Part shown: positions 12,531 to 25,047 of the stretch, piece by piece | Layout: each line of letters starts with the position of its first letter | Position numbering within the stretch: the first letter of the stretch is position 1 | DNA from: Macrostomum lignano | Lineage: Eukaryota | DNA: 64,000 nt | Direction: 5' to 3' | Assembly (NCBI GenBank): GCA_002269645.1 | Contig: NIVC01000478.1 | Span: forward strand, 19,032 to 83,031 | Notes under the pieces: model-generated | The model's database searches: none | Told to the model about the DNA's origin: nothing | The model's input: only the letters and a program-made list of their open reading frames with translations | Translations under genes and position numbers: made by a program

Positions 12531-15241
12531 CTTAGGATGTTTTCTTTTCGCATTGCACTTCATCTGAGCAGTTTTTCTATTGACTATGTGAAGGCTTTGT
12601 TTGGCCATCTTATTGATACTTGTAGAGAACAGAGATTCTATCTAGATGTCCCCCATCGGGGGGCGAAGATTGCTAGTTTAGTTTCTATATGTCAAAAATC
12701 CTGTCGTTACAACCATAAGTGTCATTTAAGGTTTAATAGCATCTATACTAATGATGATATCTATATGAAACTCTATAAATATATTCTAGACAAAATAATC
12801 TTTCATTTAAAATATTGGTTTAGTATATTCTATTATTAGATTTCATTTTATAAGTAAAAATAACCTGTCATGTTACGACCATGCTTATATGGAATGAGCC
12901 ATAGTAAGTGCATGTGTTATCTCATAATCTCATATCATGAAATATTCATACCTAATGTATAGGAATACATGTATACATAGAGGTTGGATAAGATTAACTT
13001 TTTTGGGATCAAGGCAATATTGAGATCCCAATTATTGCCAAGATTCAGATTCTTTGATCAGGATTTGGATCCTAGGAGCTATCCTACCTAGACACCAATT
13101 TGGTTTACCATTTCTTCCAAAATACTATACAAATACTATACTTAAAATGGAGAAGCCTAATAGTACTTATAGTAGTTTTGTTTTTGCTAACATTCGATAA
13201 GAAAGTTCATGGTAAAATTGCATGCATTTTAAAATAAAAACTAGGTATACGCCATATACCCAAAAAGTTTTTTTGCCTTGCATCTGTTATATAAAAAGTC
13301 AAGACATAATACTTAATACACATTATATACACTAATACATGTAGACTAAGAGAAGAGATCTATTAGATGGACTAAGAAAGGGGAGATGGGAATTAGATAT
13401 ATGACATAATAGTACTTAAAGTTCTAGATATCTATAATTAGCAAAGTGATATAGCATTCAGAAGAAAGAAATTGAAAAACAACTACATTTTTGTGTTAAC
13501 TATGTATTATTTTAGTGTCTTAGCTTATAACAACTATAAAAAAACATAGAAATTAAACATTTGAAATTGTAAGTTACATTAAGAAACAAATATGTTTTAC
13601 AATAGCTTGGGGTACAATATCTTGGGGTAGGTTTCTATCTGCATATATAGGAGTTATGGTTTCCTATGCATATGGTATGACTTTTTAGGACCTTCTAAAA
13701 TCTAATAATTTTAACCAAAAATAGCATTTTGAGAGTATATCTGACATTAAAACCCTATTTCCTATACCATGGTAGTTGGTTTTAAGTAAAATTATGCTAA
13801 AAATAAGCTAAAATGTTAAAATGAGTTAAAATTTAAGATTTAGAACCTAAGGTTTTTGAAGTCTAAATTTTGATCTTGCACTTTATATCAATTATATTAT
13901 GGTATACACTAAAAGAAAAAATGAACTTATAAATATCTCATTAATTTTACTAAAATATACATATGCTAGAATAAATTCTTAGGGGCAACCTAACAATCTA
14001 GATATACTATCAATATCTATTTCCACATTGGTTAACCAAAAAATTAGTTAGACAAAGACAAAGATGGCTAGTTTTATTTGGAATATTTTAGCATTTTTTC
14101 TTATACAATTTGACCCATGATATAAATAGGATCCTAGTAGAATATCATACTATCTGGGTTTTTTTGCCAAAGGCAAGGTACAATATTATACTTTATACCC
14201 AATTTCAAGGTGCAATTTTAAGGCTCATAGTGCAATTTATCTTACTTTAAGAAACTAGGAATATAGATGTCTAAAAAGCCTTTTGTGTCCAAAGAATTCC
14301 TTGAACTTTTGTCTTTTTTTCAGATTGAATGCAAATCTCTTTTTTAATTGTAGAAAACAATTTCAAAATTTAGTAGGTATATGCACTCTATACACAAAAT
14401 AAATAGTATATAATAAGGTATATAGCTTATAGGCAAGAATTTTCTTATATGCTTAGCCTAGTAGGCTCACTTTGCCAGGCATATAATCTAATATGCATAA
14501 ATGTATGGGTATATACCTTTGTCCTTGTTGTATATTCTGATATAAATCAGAAGGGGCCTACATAGGGGTTTATACTTTAGTGTGCAAAGTTATTATAGAA
14601 ATAAAAATGGTAAAATCAATGATAATAATTAAATAATGAGCTTTAAAGAAAAAGCAAAACTAATTTTGATATAGATAAATGTTGCTTTAACTAGATAATT
14701 GCATATATAAAACCTCAACACTGCATTGCCTATTTATTAGAAACTGCAAGGCCATGGCCAATTGAACTAAGGAGGTTTTTTTACAAATAGTGATTACCAT
14801 TATTAAAATAAACTTAATTTTTGTGTAAAATGATTTACTAAGGTTAAAAAAGACAAAAAGGTTTAGGTAAAAATTGAAAGCCCTAGTCTAAAGCTTAGGT
14901 CTTAAGGAACCTTCACTTTAAATATTTTGTTATTTTTTTGTTATTACATTTAAGATTTTTATGTACATAATAACAAAATAAGTTTCATATATATCACTCT
15001 TAAACAAACTTTTCTAATTCTTTTGATACCTTAATTCTTTAAAAAAATTATCATAGGGCCTATTCATCATTCAATTTTTTTGTTTACATTCTTGTTATCT
15101 TTCAACTACTTAGACCCCTTTTTCTTTAAAGTGTTTTTTGTTATAGAAACTGAAGGATACTTATACCTATTTTCAAATTGCTTTTTATACTACTTTTTGT
15201 TTGCCAAATATAACTTTTTAAGATTCAAGCATACCAAATAT

Positions 15242-16121
15242 CAGTGTTGGGCACCATTAATGAAAATCTTAACTTCCATTAATAGCAAGAGCGTTAGCAT
15301 TAAAGCAAAAAAATCTTAACTTTTTAACTCCTAATTTCGTTAAGTTAACTGAAAGTTAACTAATAATCATTAATAAGCATTAATCCGTTAAAGTTAACAC
15401 AGAAAATATGGAAATCTTGCATGTTTTTTCCAAAACAGACTTTGTAATGCATATCTTTGCTATTCCATCTTTTTAGTGAAACACAGAGGTCATCTAAGCG
15501 ATTTGAAAGCTAAAAAAGTAATAAATAATCATTTTTTAAAATTGCATGCATAATACTACTAAAAGTAAAGCATATGGTAAAAAAGTAACTTATTTTATTT
15601 GAAACTTAAAAGCTAATAATGAGAAATTCATAATTAAACATGCATAGGAAGGTTGTTTCAGTACCATTTGCAGGTGCAGCAGAAAGTTGCGAAAGATTGG
15701 GACAGAAGTGAATCAAAGCGATCAATGCTCACACGCAAGAAATAAAGTTTCACACTATTTTAATTCATTATTTTAAAGTTTATTTGTAAGAAGTTGTTAA
15801 TTACACGTACGTCTGTATGATTATCGTCATAAATAAAGAGATTATATTTAGGCATATAGGTAAGCTCAAATATGTTCGTAATGTTTAAACTTCTTGTAAG
15901 ACTTCTATTTTTTGTTCCTTCTTTGCGTCTTTGGTCACTGACATAGACACTACCATTAATGATGAATTTATTGTTAATTTACAAAATTTTAATGCAAATT
16001 CATTAATCCGTTAGTTTAAAAAAATCTTAATGACAGTCCATTAACGTTAATGAAAAATCTTAACGCTTATTAACGCTTATTAACAGATTAACACTTATTA
16101 ATGGACTGGTGCCCAACACTG
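15242..16121. mobile_element. Non-autonomous hAT element (MITE), 880 bp
   Basis: Perfect 15-bp TIR CAGTGTTGGGCACCA. Perfect 8-bp TSD CCAAATAT (15234-15241 and 16122-16129). Subterminal TTAAC(G) motifs. Confidence 0.9.
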
Positions 16122-16849
16122 CCAAATATGCATACCAATGAGCTATGAAGGGCTAGGGATAATACACACTAGAATTTTCTATAATATACTCATTAAAAAT
16201 TAAAAATTAAAATTAAAATTAAAAGTTAAAAATTAAATTAAAAATATTAGTTTCTGATGCATATATACACTGATATGTTAGACAGTGCCAAAACTTTCAT
16301 TTTGTTTAGCTTAGCACCTGCCACTTTCCTGGGTATACCTGATGACAATATAAGGTTTTATAATCTAAAGAGAACCTACTAAAATAAACAGTAATCTCTA
16401 ACAAGATCATACATATGCAACCTTGGGAATCACTCAGCCATTACTTTTGGCAACACATACATGTAAGTCACTATTGGCTGAGAGCAGTCACTTGACTATT
16501 ATTTTGTCCAATAGTGACTTATATGTGTGTGTTGCTTAGACTCCAGATGGTATACATGTATGCCAGAAAATTCCGGCATACAAAGGGACCTATAGTATAC
16601 CATTTGCGCACAACTTGGTGTGCAGAGGGGCCTGGCACATACATGCGCAACTGCTGGCCGACCTGGCCGATCCGGCCACCATAAATCGTGGCTGACCAGG
16701 GGTAAGTCGCAAAATTGAGTCAACCAAAAACAGAAAAACACAAGAACCAAGAAAGGCAAGAGGAAAGCGAAAAAAAGAGCAGTTCAGGGAAAATGGTGAA
16801 GCAAAAGAAAAACAATTCGCAAAAGAAGCAAACTAAGTCGCAAAAAGGA

Positions 16850-17215
16850 TCAGGTAAGTCGCAAAAAGGATCAGGTAAGTCGCAAAAGGGTTAGGTAAGT
16901 CGCAAAAAGGATTAGGTAAGTCGCAAAAAGGATCAGGTAAGTCGCAAAAAGAATCAGGTAAGTTGCAAAAGGATCAGCTAAGTCGCAAAAGGATTAGGTA
17001 AGTCGCAAAAGGGTTAGGTAAGTCGCAAAAGGATTAGGTAAGTCGCAAAAGAGTTAGGTAAGTCGCAAAAAGGATTAGGTAAGTCGCAAAAAGGATTAGG
17101 TAAGTCGCAAAAAGGATTAAGTAAGTCGCAAAAAGGATTAGGTAAGTCGCAAAAGGGTTAGGTAAGTCGCAAAAGGATTAGGTAAGTCGCAAAAAGAAGC
17201 AACTAAGTCGCAATA
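16850..17215. repeat. 20-21-bp array GGATTAGGTAAGTCGCAAAA(A) inside the hAT element
   Basis: About 18-19 copies of the element's own subterminal motif. Confidence 0.93.
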
Positions 17216-17443
17216 AGAGGGAAGTAAGTCACAATCAGAGGCAATCAGGGGGTAGTAGGTGCAAGTGTGGCAGGAGAGCAAAAACAGAATAGAAGCCTTT
17301 AACAACAGACAAGATCTTTGAAATCAGAAGCTCGCGTCAACAGTTTCCCATTGATTTCTTAAACTCTGGAGCAGGGGTTGGCAAGCTCGCGAAGCCCCTC
17401 TATCTGGCCCTCGCCCCTCGGGTTCTTTGAAACTTCCTAACTA

Positions 17444-18297
17444 CGAGGGGCGTCCGGAAAGTAGTGTTACTTTTGCTTGGTGTGGACGTATGGACAGTCA
17501 CACTTGCATGTGCTTGGTGTCATTTGAAAGCGGCAAGTCTCTTCTTTAATATGACACCAATTGCAAGAGATTTGAATCTGTGCTTCAAGAGATATGGACG
17601 ATTAAGTAGAGAAAGGTCAGTCATAGACTTACAGAACCTCAAAAATGTCAACAGAAAACTTTTACGATTTTATCGATTTTTTCGTAATCATGGGCTGTCT
17701 ATGGCCAAATGTGATGCAGTGAACGAGAGGGGCTGTCTCATAAAACTATGAGACTTGTAAAACTGCTTCTGCTGCACCTGCAAAGTTTATTGACATTCAA
17801 TTTTCAATTGTGAACTGCAAATGGATGTGCATTCAAAGACTGGGCAGCGACATGCCATCTTTACACTTTGGAGCTCCAGAACCAAATCGGCTGACATCCA
17901 CAGGCAACTTTGCACAGCTCATGGCGACCATGCTGTCAGCAAGATGACAAGTCTGCCAACCAATGAATGATTTTAATGTTGTTCGCTTGTGTGATAATTT
18001 GCTTGTTATCTGTTTCACCTGCTTCTGTACTGTACTGTTGTGTTTTTTGTTTTTTCTGGAGTAATTACGCTTGTGATAAAAGTTTTCTGTTGACATTTTT
18101 GAGGTTCTGTAAGTCTATGACTGACCTTTCTCTACTTAATTGTCCATATCTCTTGAAGCACAGATTCAAATCTCTTGCAATTGGTGTCATTTTAAAGAAG
18201 AGACTTGCCGCTTTCAAATGACACCAAGCACATGCAAGTGTGACTGTCCATACGTCCACACCAAGCAAAAGTAATACTACTTTCCAGATGCCCCTCG
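17444..18297 (+). mobile_element. Internally deleted Mariner derivative with 221-bp TIRs and TA TSD
   Basis: TA|CGAGGGG...CCCCTCG|TA; TIRs 17444-17664 and 18077-18297 differ at 5 sites. ORF 17821-17970 (QRHAIFTLWSSRTKSADIHRQLCTAHGDHAVSK) resembles the Mariner N-terminal HTH. Confidence 0.88.
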
Positions 18298-18319
18298 TAG
18301 CAAGGTTGGTGTCTCTTCA

Positions 18320-18965
18320 ACTCTCATCTCTCTCTTCTCTACCTTGCCTCCCCTCTTCTCTCTCTCCCCCCTTTTCCCTCTTCTCTCTCCTCTCATTTTT
18401 ACTCTCCTCTCTTCTCCCCCTTTCTCTCTACCCTTTCTCCTCAATGCCCTCTTCTCTCCTCTTATCTTCAGCAAAAATATGTACATATTTTCTTACTTCA
18501 AAGTAGAGGGAATAGAAGATTAGAGATAAGCAAACAGAGGAGAGGCGAGCGATGCGATGGGAGAAAAGATAGAAGAGGAGAGAAAAGCTGAGGGAGGAAA
18601 AAGAGATGAGAGAGAAGAGGAGATAAGAGGAAAGAGGAAAGAAAAGATGATGGATGAGATCAGAAGAGAGGAAAGAGGAAAGAGGAGAGAGTAGATGAGA
18701 GAAGAGAGGATAAAGAGGAGATGAGAGGAGAGTGAAGAGAGGAGAGATGAGAGAGTAGAAAAGAGAGGAGAGATAAGATGAGAGAGTAGAGTGGAATGGA
18801 GAGAGACAAGAGGAGAGATAAGAAAATAGAGAGGAGACAGAAGAGATAGGAGAGGAGAGGAAAGAGAGGAGAGAGGAGAGGAGAGGAGAGAGGAGAGGAA
18901 AGAGAAAAGGGATAAGGGATGAGAGAGAAAAGAAAAAGAGGATGAGAAGATTGAGGAATGGAGAG
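18320..18965. repeat. CT-rich (18320-18470) then GA-rich (18520-18965) low-complexity tracts
   Basis: Seen directly. ORFs 18520..19062 and 18660..18983 are artefacts. Confidence 0.85.
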
Positions 18966-21900
18966 AATTTGCAAAGGCCTCAAATCTTAGTTTAACGTGC
19001 ATTACTCCCATCTTTGCCTTTTTCCTAACTGTTAACAAGTTTTTGTTTGAGCATGACTTCAAATTTAGAATCTATGCAAAAATAGTTCCGGGAATTAGAA
19101 TTCAGTGGTTTAAAAATCTGTGGGGTTTTCACAGCTTGTATCTCTACTAGATTCGTATTCTGCATCTGATGAGCCATCTGAATCAGGGCTCTCATCTTCC
19201 ATGCCAAATCGTCTAGCAAATCGTTCTTGAGCTATAGGTCACACTGTATTCACTTCACTTACTTCTGGACATTCATGAATCATGACTTTTGTAGTATGCT
19301 CACTACACTATACTGACAATTTACTAATTGCTTCATGCCGCCACTAGATGACATACTGATTAGCTGTTATAAAAATGCGGAATCTGCACACAGCACTAAT
19401 TAGCTGGCGAGGCATTTAGCTTTAAAAATATGGTCATAGTTACTCCTGCCATTTACCTAAAGTTTTTGCTAGGCTCTTTCATAGGTAAGTCGCATTTTTT
19501 ATCGAAAACTAAGTCGCACGGCCAGCGTAATTTTTGAAGTTGCGCATGTATGGCCTGGCATGCCCTCTTGGCGTAGGCCTACAGCTTGGCATATAAAAAT
19601 TGTTGAGATAACAGGTAGAACCAAAAGTTCTAAGTCCCTATCAATCTATACAATTAGTATACAAAAATGATTACGTTTACATTTGGTATAGTCTCTATAT
19701 ACATATAGTTACAATGGCTAAATTTTGACCAGAAAGAATAGCCAGCCTTTTACAAAAAAACAGATTCAAACTAAATTTAAAAACCCAGATTCAACTTTTC
19801 TAAGAAGTTAGAAGTCAAACAAAAATAGTAAAAATGAACTACTTCTATACAGTTTAGTAAAAAAATTACCTATTTAAATATATTGATTTTTTAAATATCA
19901 AAATTTTGCAAGCTATTAATATTTGTCATAATTTGTATTTTCATTTTGGTATATTTTTGTTTGTGATAAAAAGTTTGTTGGTATACTATTGGTATGCATG
20001 AGCTATAGAAGCAGTTTTCGTTCCAGTGTACAGCAGCACACAATCCTGACCTCTTGGATAGAATTCTTGCACAAAAGTTGTTACACGTTTGTGTATGCTT
20101 GTCAAGTTTGTGCGCGCTTGCACGCTGAAAAGGAGCCTACTTGCGTGCTCTTGACAAGTGTGCGTGCTCCATCGTATGCACTTGCGCAAGAAGCTGTTTG
20201 CCTTAGAATCAGACAGGATTTGACTTTTACATGCATTCAACATTGTTATCTGCCATGTGGCATATGCACGCTCAAGTTTTCCTACTTTTCATAGTCCAGA
20301 AGGTTGTTTTTACACTAGAAAATTTCAAAATAAAAGTAAAACAAGGAATAATAGTTTTTAGCAAAAACAGTTACTTTAAAGTTTAATAAAACTCTTATAC
20401 TTTTTAAAGAATATTTTCTCTAAAAAAATATAGTGTTCAAGCAACTTTACACTTGAAGTACAATTTTTTAATTTATGTTGGCATAGAATTAAAAAACTAG
20501 AAAAATGATTTTTTTTGCGCATGGGCCATGCTTTGCATTATGACTTATTTTTATAGCTGGCATGCACGCTTGCGCACTGCTCCAAAACATGCGGGCATGT
20601 TTTCCTACCCTCGAGCAAGAATTCTATCCTGGCCTAACCCTGGTGTGTTGCCAATAGAAATGGCCAGGTGAATCCCTAGGACTAGGTTGTGCCCGAGCAT
20701 GAACAAGATTATTATGATACATTGATAAGGAATGCATACAAATTTAGTGATAGATAATTTAGGCAACAGAAATTTAATATAAAAAATTGGCAAAGAAAAC
20801 TTGGCTACAATCTTGGGAAATTTAGCAACAAGTCTTTGTCTAATTTATTGATTGCAACCAAGGCTTCAGATAAAGCCATCTGTCAAACAAAATCCCTATA
20901 TCTTTGGTTAATAATATAACATATTACTTAACCTGTCTGTTGCCAAATTATTCTGTTGCCAGATTTGCTTTTGCCAAATTTAGTTAGGCCCTAATACCTA
21001 TTTGATAGGATTCTTTTTATAAAGAGTTTATAATGCATAGCAACTATCCATATTAGTGTTATAATTGCATGTACAACAGAACAGCCTGCAGATGGGCAAT
21101 AATTTTTTACTTGTTTTATTCTACATTTGACATACAATGTAGTCTCAATTCATTGCTATTTTTTGTTATGGGCCTAAATTGAATATTAGATTAGGGCCTA
21201 CTTCCCAATAATTTGAACAGTATATGACAATTGGATACATACATACAAGATTCAGCCATCGTGCATGCAATTAAAACAGTCACTAGGTAGACAGCTGCTG
21301 TGTTCAGATCTATCAATACCAAGCTAGAAATATAAATCATCTATAGGCTTAGTATTTTCCATGTTGTGCCAGATAGGTTAGCCTAACTTTGATAATTTGA
21401 TACTCAACAACCGACAACAATACTAGTGCCTACTAAAAGTACAATTATGGTTGCAGCCTTAGGGGAAGTTAGGCTTAGCCTTGCAGGCAGGGCAGGGCTA
21501 GCTGGCCTGGCTAGGCCTGTATGTATGTATTAAATTTCTTAGACCTGAAAAGCAGGAAGTACAAGAAGGTCTTAACCATTTTTGTAAAGAATTCTTGTTA
21601 AATAAAAATTCAATAGGCCTATATTAACATACAGGCATGTAGCATTCTAAACATACCAGATGCAGATACTGACTTGGTTGAAGCAGCTAGTCAGTTCAAA
21701 TATAGAGATTTCCTAATTTCATGAAAAGGGACAACTTATAAATATAAAACGTGTAGGTTTTTACAAATTTAAAAATTCTGCACGTTATTTTTAAGACGCA
21801 TTTTTATCTGTTTCTTAGGTAATTTTAAAGTAACTTATCTAACTTTGAAAAAGAAATAGCATGTTACTGACTATAACTTTGTTTTAATGGAAAAATGCCG

Positions 21901-23388
21901 TTTACTTTTCTAAATGAAAAAGCAATGCGCACTTACATCAGACACTGCAAAAATTCCGGCTGGTAGAAAGTAGTTTTATAGACTGATTTAGATCAAAACA
22001 GACGCCTACTGTCTAGCCCGGAAGTTTATTTTGTACGTACAAGCACATGTAGGCGATTTTTGAAGGAAATACGATTCTAGGTTTTCATTACATTTTTTCT
22101 CTTGCATAAGCAGCCCAGCTTGTAGCGAGTTTAACAATTCTATTTTTACCTTCTTAAGAGAAGTAGTACTAGAGAATTGAAAAAAAAACTAATATTCTTG
22201 CTTAAAAAGAATATTAAAATCGGAACCCAGACAATTTTACGCAGCGGTCTATAATAATATTTTAACGAGACATCATCAATATGCTTATTTATTTACCAAA
22301 GTTGAAGAAACTGCGCGTTAATATTGATTGGAGGCACAAAGATGTTATAGGAGCATTTCCATGAACAAATTTTAGGGAAAACACGGCAAACGCAAAGCTA
22401 GGTATAAAACTGTGTTATATTACGTAGTAGTCATTTAAATTAAATTTTGCGTCCGACATCCTCGTGATTAATTATACGAGGATTACTATCTCGTATAGCT
22501 AATTTTTAGAAAACAGTAACTTAAGCTTGTTTCATATTATCACCAGTTGCTCTATGGCCAAACATTACAAAAAACCAATTTATACATTGGCGTGAGCCAA
22601 ACTGTAAAAATTTCTAGCAATCTTCGGCTTTCGTGGAACTACTAGTGTACTCGTTTACTAAGAAATCCAAAATAGCAAAACAGACACAAGGGAGGGACAT
22701 TTGTAGGTTTAACGATGCAAAAGTTTGGTCGGCATTTTTAGCTTCTAATATTTGGTAACTACAAGGTTTGTTCAAAAAACAAAAGCCCAAAAAATAGTTT
22801 TCAACTAAGCTAATAAGTTTAAACATTAAATAGACGTTGTGGTATTTGCGATACAAAATAAAACCGGACAAATTGTTTACAAAAATATAGGGGATAAAAT
22901 TTGGATAACGCGAACGAACAAATTTAAACTATTAAGAACTGCATAAAGAATTTGAACAAAGCCGAAAGTTGAAAGAAAACAACTTCGACTACAAAAAATA
23001 ATGTACGATTGAATGAAACCACGGCGAAAGAGGGTAAAAACAGGGTGAAACAAAGCACAGGAATTTGGGGCAGAGGAGCCTACATATTATTAGAGAATTA
23101 AATACCACACATAACATCATGTACCAGCCAATATGTTCGCCTAAATTTAAAAGAAGTTTAAAGACAGATGGAACATTCTTACATAAAGTATAACTAACTG
23201 CGTTAAGATGCTTTCAACTAAGATAATAAATACATAAGCTATATGATATTTGGTATTAACCTGAACTATGAAATTAGGAGTAACCTAAAAATAATTAGGA
23301 AAACAATAAATAAGCAAACTATAGTGTTTTATTAACTGCCAGATAAATGTCAGTTAGCACTAATGCTTTCAACCAATCAATGAGCGAC

Positions 23389-25047
23389 CTATTCGGTTTT
23401 GGAGGCTTCGTCAAAGTTGCCAGTGAGCTCCGGTACATCGTCGTCGTCTTTGGCCGCGGCAGCGACGGCGGCCGCTGCTTCAGCATTGTTGCTATCGTCG
23501 CCCTCTTCTGGCTTTGAGGCGGAGCCTTTAAAAAAGGTTTTTAAAAAAGGCTTAGTTTAACAATTCATTAAACTTCAGAATATATCAATTAGATAAAGAA
23601 ACAGTTTTTAGGATAATCATTTTACAAGGGATCTGTGAGACAACCTATTGAGACAAGTAGGCGAATAAAGATTTTCGAATCGTAAAGTCTTTCGGATACG
23701 ACTAATAGAATTACGCAAGTGGCGTGGAAATGAAATTATCAATACAACTTTTAGTATAGCGAACTAGCAATCTGCGCCCCTAGTTGGGGAGGCAACAGAA
23801 GGAATATTTTTTATTGAATAAACTACACTTCGGTTTTGACTTTGTACATTCGCTCTTGTTTTGTTAGTATCCTAAGGAAAAGATGTTCAAAGCAAAAACG
23901 CATCCGTCCTGAGAGTCAGCTATCTAGCTTAATATTTCAGCATCCTATGTGACCTTTGTCATCAAAGCCTCCCTTTAGCCACGGCTTATCCCAAACATTC
24001 CTTATGATTTACCAATACGAGTACCTTTAGCTTCGCCTACCAACAACTTCCAATTGATCATTGGTATCTCAGCAACCCCTTCGCCCCCTTTCCCAGGAGG
24101 CCATCCCCTGAAGTTATCAACTCATCAATTGATCAAGTTATCAACTAATGAATCAATCAAGTTATCAACTAATCAATCGATCAAGTTATCAACTAATGAA
24201 TCAATCAAGTTATCAACTAATCAATCGATCAAGTTATCAACTAATCAATCGATCAAGTTATCAACTAATCAATCGATCAAGTTATCAACTAATCAATCGA
24301 TCAAGTTATCAACTAATAAATCGATCAAGTTATAAACTAATCAATCGATCAAGCTATCAACTAATCAATCGATCAAGTTATCAACTAATCAATCGATCAA
24401 GTTATCAACTAATGAATCGATCAAGTTATCAACTAATAAATCGATCAAGTTATAAACTAATCAATCGATCAATCAATTATCTAACCGATTGATCATACAA
24501 CCAACTAACAAACCAATCCATTAATCAACATATCAATGTATCAAGCAATTAACTATTCCATTAAATAAGTAGTCAACTAATCAATCGAGCAAAATTTCAA
24601 CGAATCAACGTGTTTATTAGTGAACAAAATAAAGATTACGCACCAGTATCAGATACATAATGATTACTTACTCAATCCAGCGGCCATTTTCTTCAAGCTG
24701 GCAAAACTCTCCGGGCCCATCTGATTCCACACAGTTGGCAGCAGTTCCGTCAAGCTTTTAGTCTCAGCTTGGCCAGTGATGGCAAAGGTATTAGCCTGAA
24801 GCGAAGCCTGAACCTTTGGATTGGTGAAGTGGATCACTTCTCCGCCTTCGCGAAACATATTGACCTCCTCAATGCCCGGGATGGCATTGACGCCGAGCTT
24901 CTTCAGTGTAGTGGTGACTTTGCGCTCGTCTGTGCCAGTGTTCTTGTGCACAATCTTCTTCTTCCGCCTGGCGGAGCCTTTGCCACCAATGCGGATAGAG
25001 TCTACCTGGGACTTAAGCTTGTCTATCTTGGCTTGCCGATTCTCCAT
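23389..25047 (-). CDS. BTF3: BTF3 / NAC beta, 2 coding exons: 25047-24672, 23525-23389 (170 aa)
   Basis: [56 protein letters not shown]-terminal [25 protein letters not shown] donor and AAG acceptor in phase 1. Confidence 0.96.
24110..24480. repeat. 24-bp minisatellite ATCAAGTTATCAACTAATCAATCG in the BTF3 intron
   Basis: About 15 tandem copies. Confidence 0.95.

Larger units (their letters stand above)
16638..19552. mobile_element. Non-autonomous hAT element (2.9 kb) with nested Mariner and internal arrays
   Basis: TIR CATACATGCGCAACT at both ends. Perfect 8-bp TSD GCCTGGCA (16630-16637, 19553-19560). Subterminal TAAGTCGCA motifs at both ends. Confidence 0.88.

Noticed and set aside
9284-12882. 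Shared TGTTACGACCAT words (9284, 9297, 12870) as paired LTRs
   Set aside because: Similarity does not extend beyond about 12 nt.
19986-20294. Overlapping ORFs and TGCACGC/TGCGTGC motifs
   Set aside because: No recognisable domain or termini; probably a TE fragment.
20608-21014. Possible small MITE (AGAATTCTATC...GATAGGATTCT, TTGCCAAAT motifs)
   Set aside because: TIR match is short with inconsistent spacing, and there is no TSD.
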